A DNA stretch of 64,000 nucleotides, taken from the NCBI GenBank assembly GCA_964016885.1, contig OZ024742.1, positions 324,136,001 through 324,200,000 on the forward strand, given 5' to 3'. Below the pieces are notes generated by a model. That model did not search any database and had not been told where the DNA came from. It saw nothing but the letters and a program-made list of their open reading frames with translations. The stretch comes from Eledone cirrhosa (lineage: Eukaryota). Shown here one piece after another: positions 58,830-64,000 of this stretch. The number at the start of each line of letters is the position of its first letter. The first letter of the stretch is position 1. The position numbers were made by a program, and so were the translations under genes.

Positions 58830-60140
58830 ACTTTCGATTTCGTCAACACTTTGAACCTCCCCGAGAACGTCGTCGCTCTTGCTCACCACTAGTCTTCAAT
58901 AGAATTCTAGAGAAGAATTTCCACTGGCCGACTGGTATAGAGCTGTGTGTACTTGACAACATTCCAGATGCCAGGCGCCCAGTTTCGGTCATTGCTTGAC
59001 CTACGACTGCAGCTTAGTAAAGGAGACGAGCCGTGGAAAGACCTATCTGACAAATGGAGACCACACCTGATCACCGTTTTAGAACAACTAGAAGATATCG
59101 TAGCCTCAACGCATGTTTGTGCATCATCAGCCGCGGCATGCCCTACCCTCCGTATAGAGGGTGCTGGCAGCACCAATTGAAGCTGTTCCTTCCACAAAAT
59201 ATGGAAGAGCAGGTGCTCCAATTTGGCGAGGCGTGAACGGGGACAAGGCACGACAGTCAGGCGGGTAATAGATGACTTCATCCCAGTTCTTATCCACCTG
59301 GAGGTCTGGTTTAAACCAGACCTAGAGCAACTTCACCGGTCCGTCAGTCCAGTGTTCAATGGCGCTGTTGAACGGCATGGATTTGCCTCTCCAGGTACTG
59401 AGCTGCAAACCAACCGACTTTTCTGGGTTCCGGGTTGATATTTGCTTTTGTCAAACTTTCATATTCCTCTAAGAAGTGGCCTATCACCTCGATTTCCGAG
59501 GTGTTCGACACCATCACGGTGACGTCGTCCGTATATGTGACAGACTCCTTCCACTTCTCGGTTCGAGTGGGATGCCCTGCAACAGCTCCAACTTCCACAG
59601 TAGTGGCTCAAGAGTCAATACATACAGAAGGGAGGGCATCCTTGACGAACCGAGCGCGTAATCTGTAACGGTTCTGATAGGTGGCCGTTGACTTTAACTA
59701 TAGAGCAGATGCCGCAGTGCATTGCAGCGATCCAGCCTCTGAACCGAAGCCGGCTGCCTTGAGTACAGCATCCAGATGTCGATGGCCGACCCTATCGAAA
59801 GCTGCCTTCGTGTTTTGCATTGAAGAAATAGTCTTGTGCCATTCTCGCAGCTAGCACGTCGGTTGCAATACCTCTCCTAATCATCCCTTCTAATTTAGTT
59901 ATTAACTGCACTTTCTTTCTATTTTTTCTATCACTACTTCTTTACTAAATGCTACTTGAGAGCATCCCATCACCTATTTTTGACGACTGCCCCTGTCAAC
60001 CGGTGCTTAACTAAAGTGCTAATCCGGTAGACTTTACGTTCTGGGAACAACGCGTTAAACTTCCAGTAACCGAGTCCCTGTCTACGTGTTCTATCTAGGT
60101 CAATCAGGCTGTTCATAAATTTGTAGTCTAAATAGGCGAC
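58830..60140 (-). mobile_element. Degenerate, internally deleted Tx1-clade LINE related to 22258-25563
   Basis: RQGLGYWKFN, YTDDVTVMVSNTSEIEVIG and RLTVVPCPRSRLAKLE remnants match the intact ORF2. Confidence 0.85.
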
Positions 60141-62537
60141 CGTTTGAAATTGTAGATTCCCTAAAAAAATAATTGTTTCTACTTTTGGCACAAGGCCATC
60201 AATTACCCAGTGCATTACAGGTACTTTATTTTATCGACCCCGTAAGGATGAAAGGCAAAGTCAACCTCGGCGGGATTTGAACTCAGATCGTAAAGGGTCG
60301 TAACTATGCTGGAAAGCATGGTGTCTGACCCTCTACCGATACTGCCAATCCACCGCCCTAAAAAATAATATTTGTTCAAATGATAGCATTTGAACGAACG
60401 CAGAACATAAATGCAATCAATTACAAATCCTACCCACCCCACTACATTTACCTCTCTTTAATATATGATAATATATATGAACGTTACCCACCTCTATTTA
60501 ATATATAATCATATATTGAATATACATGTGAAAGTTTAACCATTTCCTTACCATATTTCTAATGAAAGGCCCTCTGTGATTTTGAAATAGCTTTCCAAAT
60601 ACTCAAGAATTTTGAAGGAAGTAACAATATAACTAACTTTCTCATTATTCTGGTGTTTGGAACATAAATTAACAAAGGTTCTTATATAGAATTATAATGG
60701 GAGATTTTTCGACAAATATAAATACTTTAAGCTAAACAGTTTTGTATTATAGAACCAGGGATAGTTTCTGGTGGTTTGATAATCACAGGGGACCTGAATT
60801 TGACAGATATAACATATTCTATGTATCTAACCTTGATTTGAGAAAGAATTGGCTCAGAACCTCTATTCATTGCGTTTACCGGTTATTGATATTAGCTAAA
60901 ACTCACCAACGTGTGAAATTAGAAGGGTGAGTAATGTACCATCAATTCTCCCTTCACAATCTTCGATAATGCATAAACATTTGCTTAATTATTCACTTAC
61001 ATAATGATCGAAAGTGGGTACGAGAGTTATTCACTGTTGCTATGATTGAAAGTGGGCACTAGGCCATAATGTTAAGCATTGACAAAAATCGATTTATATC
61101 TGGTTGAAATAAACTACCTTAAACCTCAAAAGTAAACATTCACGTAGGAAGGTTGTGATGAACGTTCATTGAGACATTCTTGCTATTTGCCAACAAATAC
61201 AGTTCGAAAATAATTGAAAATTAAGTGTTCAGCGGCTACTAGGTAGATTAAAGACAGCATAGTGTTTTCTTGTTATATTTTAAAACGAATAACTGACAGA
61301 AAAGAAACCAAAACGTCTTAGACTAGAACCCACTATGAAACTGTCATGAATTCGGCTTTTTACAACTGGCGGGGTCAATCGCTCATTAGGTTTGAACACA
61401 GCCGATTTCTTTCAAAGAGAGAGAGAGAGAGAGAGTGAGTGTGAGAGAGAGAGTGAGAGAGAGAGAGAGAGAGTGAGAGAGAGAGTTATTACAAAAATCA
61501 GCCACTACTCGACCGGTACTTTATATATCGACCACATAAGGAAGGAAAGCGACTTCTAACGACTTCTCAACCGCCTAATAACTATTAATTGTTTCTACTT
61601 TAGGCACAAGGCCAGTAATTACCCAGTACATTACTGGTACTTTATTTTATCGACTCCGTAAGGATGAAAGGCAAAGTTAACCTTTGCGGGATTTGAACTC
61701 AGACTGTAAAGGGACGTATGCTAGAAAGCATGGTGTCTGACGCTCTACCGATTCTGCCAATCTACCATTAATGGAACTCGCACATAAAGCAAACTCTAAT
61801 ATTCCTTAATAGAAAATTTAAAGATAGGAATGCATAATATAATATACTTACTATAACAACATGGCCAGTAATTCAGTGGAATTTATCTTTACCAAACACA
61901 TATCTTTAAACTATACACATCTCACATTACATCTAAGACTAAGAAAATTCCATGGTTAATACATTTGTGTTACACCCAACATATATACGAACTCTAATAT
62001 GAAAATTCTTGAATGAAAATTACCTATCTAATTTAATCACGTGCTTTGCATTACATCTTACATAACATATATTCATTTTATCACCACATGTCTTTCTACC
62101 ATATAGGACGCCATTTTAAAAATTTTAAACACTTCTAACACTTGTAACATGCTTTTACATTCTACATGAAATATGCTTGTTTCATTGATTATATAACTCT
62201 TACCTCATACATGCCTTTATTAATTGTATTAACTCTTGCATTATATAACCTTAACATTACCTGATTTCCAATGCTATGAAATCTTTTATCTATCTTATCT
62301 TACATCTTTTTTTGTTTGTACTTTTTGCACATGTATTACCTTAAACAATATCTTTTTATACATAATATGCTTAATTTTTCACTTTTCACCATTGCTCCTT
62401 ATAATTGTATTTTCTGAAGCATAACATTCTTTTTTATCTCCTGATTTTCTATATGATGTCTTTGACAGACAACAGTTATGTATCTACCTAAATGTTCTGA
62501 AGACTAGGATTTTAATTACCTGTTTAAACATTCTCTA

Positions 62538-62584
62538 TGCTCCGATGATTCCAGACATCCCTCTGGAAGAAACAATTGCCAGCA
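62538..62584 (+). ncRNA. Degenerate minimal type I hammerhead motif, preceded by a partial one at 62491-62532
   Basis: UGCU-CcGAUGA-UUCCAGA cauccc UCUGGAA-GAAA-CAAUUG-cC-AGCA (two U>C core changes); upstream AAUGUU-CUGAAGA-...-UA-AACAUU lacks GAAA/stem III. Confidence 0.65.
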
Positions 62585-62790
62585 AATAAATGTATTAAAC
62601 TAAGATTTGATTGTTTTAATATTTTGTACCTCGGCTCCGTAATACATTTGAAAACTTGCATTGAGCCTTTTCTCCTAAAGGTAATTGGCTAGTACTTAGT
62701 ACTACCCTCCATATTTATAATTGTATATTAAACATATATAAGTATAAATATTATTATTATTACTATATATATATATATATATATAACATA

Positions 62791-62885
62791 CAGGGTGTCC
62801 CAAAACATTTGATACACACTTCAGCAGCATTCTAATAAATATTGCCTGTACAGGTAATCAAAGTGTGTATACATTTTTTGGGAAG

Positions 62886-62891
<6 letters not shown>
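62791..62891. mobile_element. ~100-bp Tc1/mariner-type MITE
   Basis: TA-CAGGGTGTCCCAAAA...TTTTTTGGGAAGACCCT(A)-TA; internal sequence shared with 1176-1260. Confidence 0.75.
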
Positions 62892-62959
<68 letters not shown>

Positions 62960-63254
62960 TGTTTATCGAAATTGTGTGTATATTGATAATCGATGTGTGC
63001 CAAAACGGTTTATTACAGGGCATGATATTTCTCTCACAAAACAAAATAAAAACGGTCGAATTTGGAAACGAAAATCATTAATCATTGTTAACACTATCAA
63101 GCAACAAATCGGATTAATTGATTTGGGCCGCTACAGCTTCAATACCTATTGTTGTATATTTTAGTAAAATCTGTTTGCTTTCTGGCCTTATATTTCAAAT
63201 GTTCACACACGCACACGCACACGCACACACGCACACGCACACACACACACACAT

Positions 63255-63333
<79 letters not shown>

Positions 63334-63404
63334 GCATAGGGATGGCGGTGTTCTTAAGAGGTAAACGACGGAAACTGTGCGGAAACCCGTACTTATTATT
63401 TATA

Positions 63405-63990
63405 AAGGGTGGTGGATTGGCAGTATCAGTAGAGCGTCAGACACCATGCTTTGCAGCATAGAGTTATGGGCCTTTACGTTCTGAGTTCAAATCCCGCTGA
63501 GGTTAACTTTGCCTTTCATCCTTACGGGATCGATAAAAGAAACCACCAGTAATGCACTGGAGTCGATTTAATCGACTTTCCCCTCCCACCAAATTGCTAG
63601 CCTTGTGCCTATAGTAGAAATCTTTATATCTTCGCTTTTCCTTTTCTCCCATTGGGACTTTAAAACATGTAAAGTAAATTATTTGTATTTAATTGATTCT
63701 GATGAACTATTCTTGCAGGAATGGACTCTTCATTCCTTTTAGTCTGGCCAAACATTAAATGCTTTAATAATGATTTCTACTTTAGGCACAAGGCCAGTAA
63801 TTTGACGGGGAGGGGGAAGTCGATTAAATCGACCCCAATGCATTACTGGTACTTTATTTTATCGATCCCGTAAGGATGAAAGGCAAAGTTGATCTCGGCG
63901 GGATTTGAACTCAGACGGTAAAGGGCTGTAACTCTATGCTGCAAAGCATGGTGTCCGACTCTCCACCGATACTGCCAATCCACCACCCCT
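63405..63990. mobile_element. Two young family B SINEs tail-to-tail (+ 63405-63625, - 63772-63990); further copies at ~17025-17225, 55195-55375, 60175-60360 and 61590-61765
   Basis: ggtggattggcagtatcagtagagcgtcagac...ctgagttcaaatcccgc...ctttcatccttacgggatcgataaa...ccttgtgcctatagtagaaa and its reverse complement. Confidence 0.85.
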
Positions 63991-64000
63991 AAACGCTTTA

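Overview
This is AT-rich, microsatellite-dense animal genomic DNA; the repeat landscape suggests an octopus or other coleoid cephalopod (inference, not proven). The + strand carries the 3' part of TAF2 (TFIID subunit 2): 16 coding exons from 1459 to the stop at 41156, all GT-AG and phase-compatible, ending in an unusually long Pro/Thr/Ala low-complexity tail. Introns and the downstream ~23 kb are filled with transposons: a complete 4.5 kb Gypsy-type LTR element (380-bp LTRs, 5-bp TSD, gag-pol -1 frameshift signal, no canonical tRNA PBS), a Tx1/L1-clade LINE with an open 1101-aa ORF2, a CR1 LINE, several RTE LINEs with a PHD-like finger, two tRNA-derived SINE families and hAT/Tc1-mariner MITEs. 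The most striking structure that the ORF track does not explain is a set of minimal type-I hammerhead-ribozyme motifs from several unrelated sequence families, each in a short element next to a (TA)n tract; one follows a Penelope-type GIY-YIG remnant. One core-intact copy lies in the TAF2 sense strand and is paired with its own antisense twin in a ~270-bp-arm foldback. No second intact host gene was recognised. All calls were made by eye, so TE boundaries are approximate.
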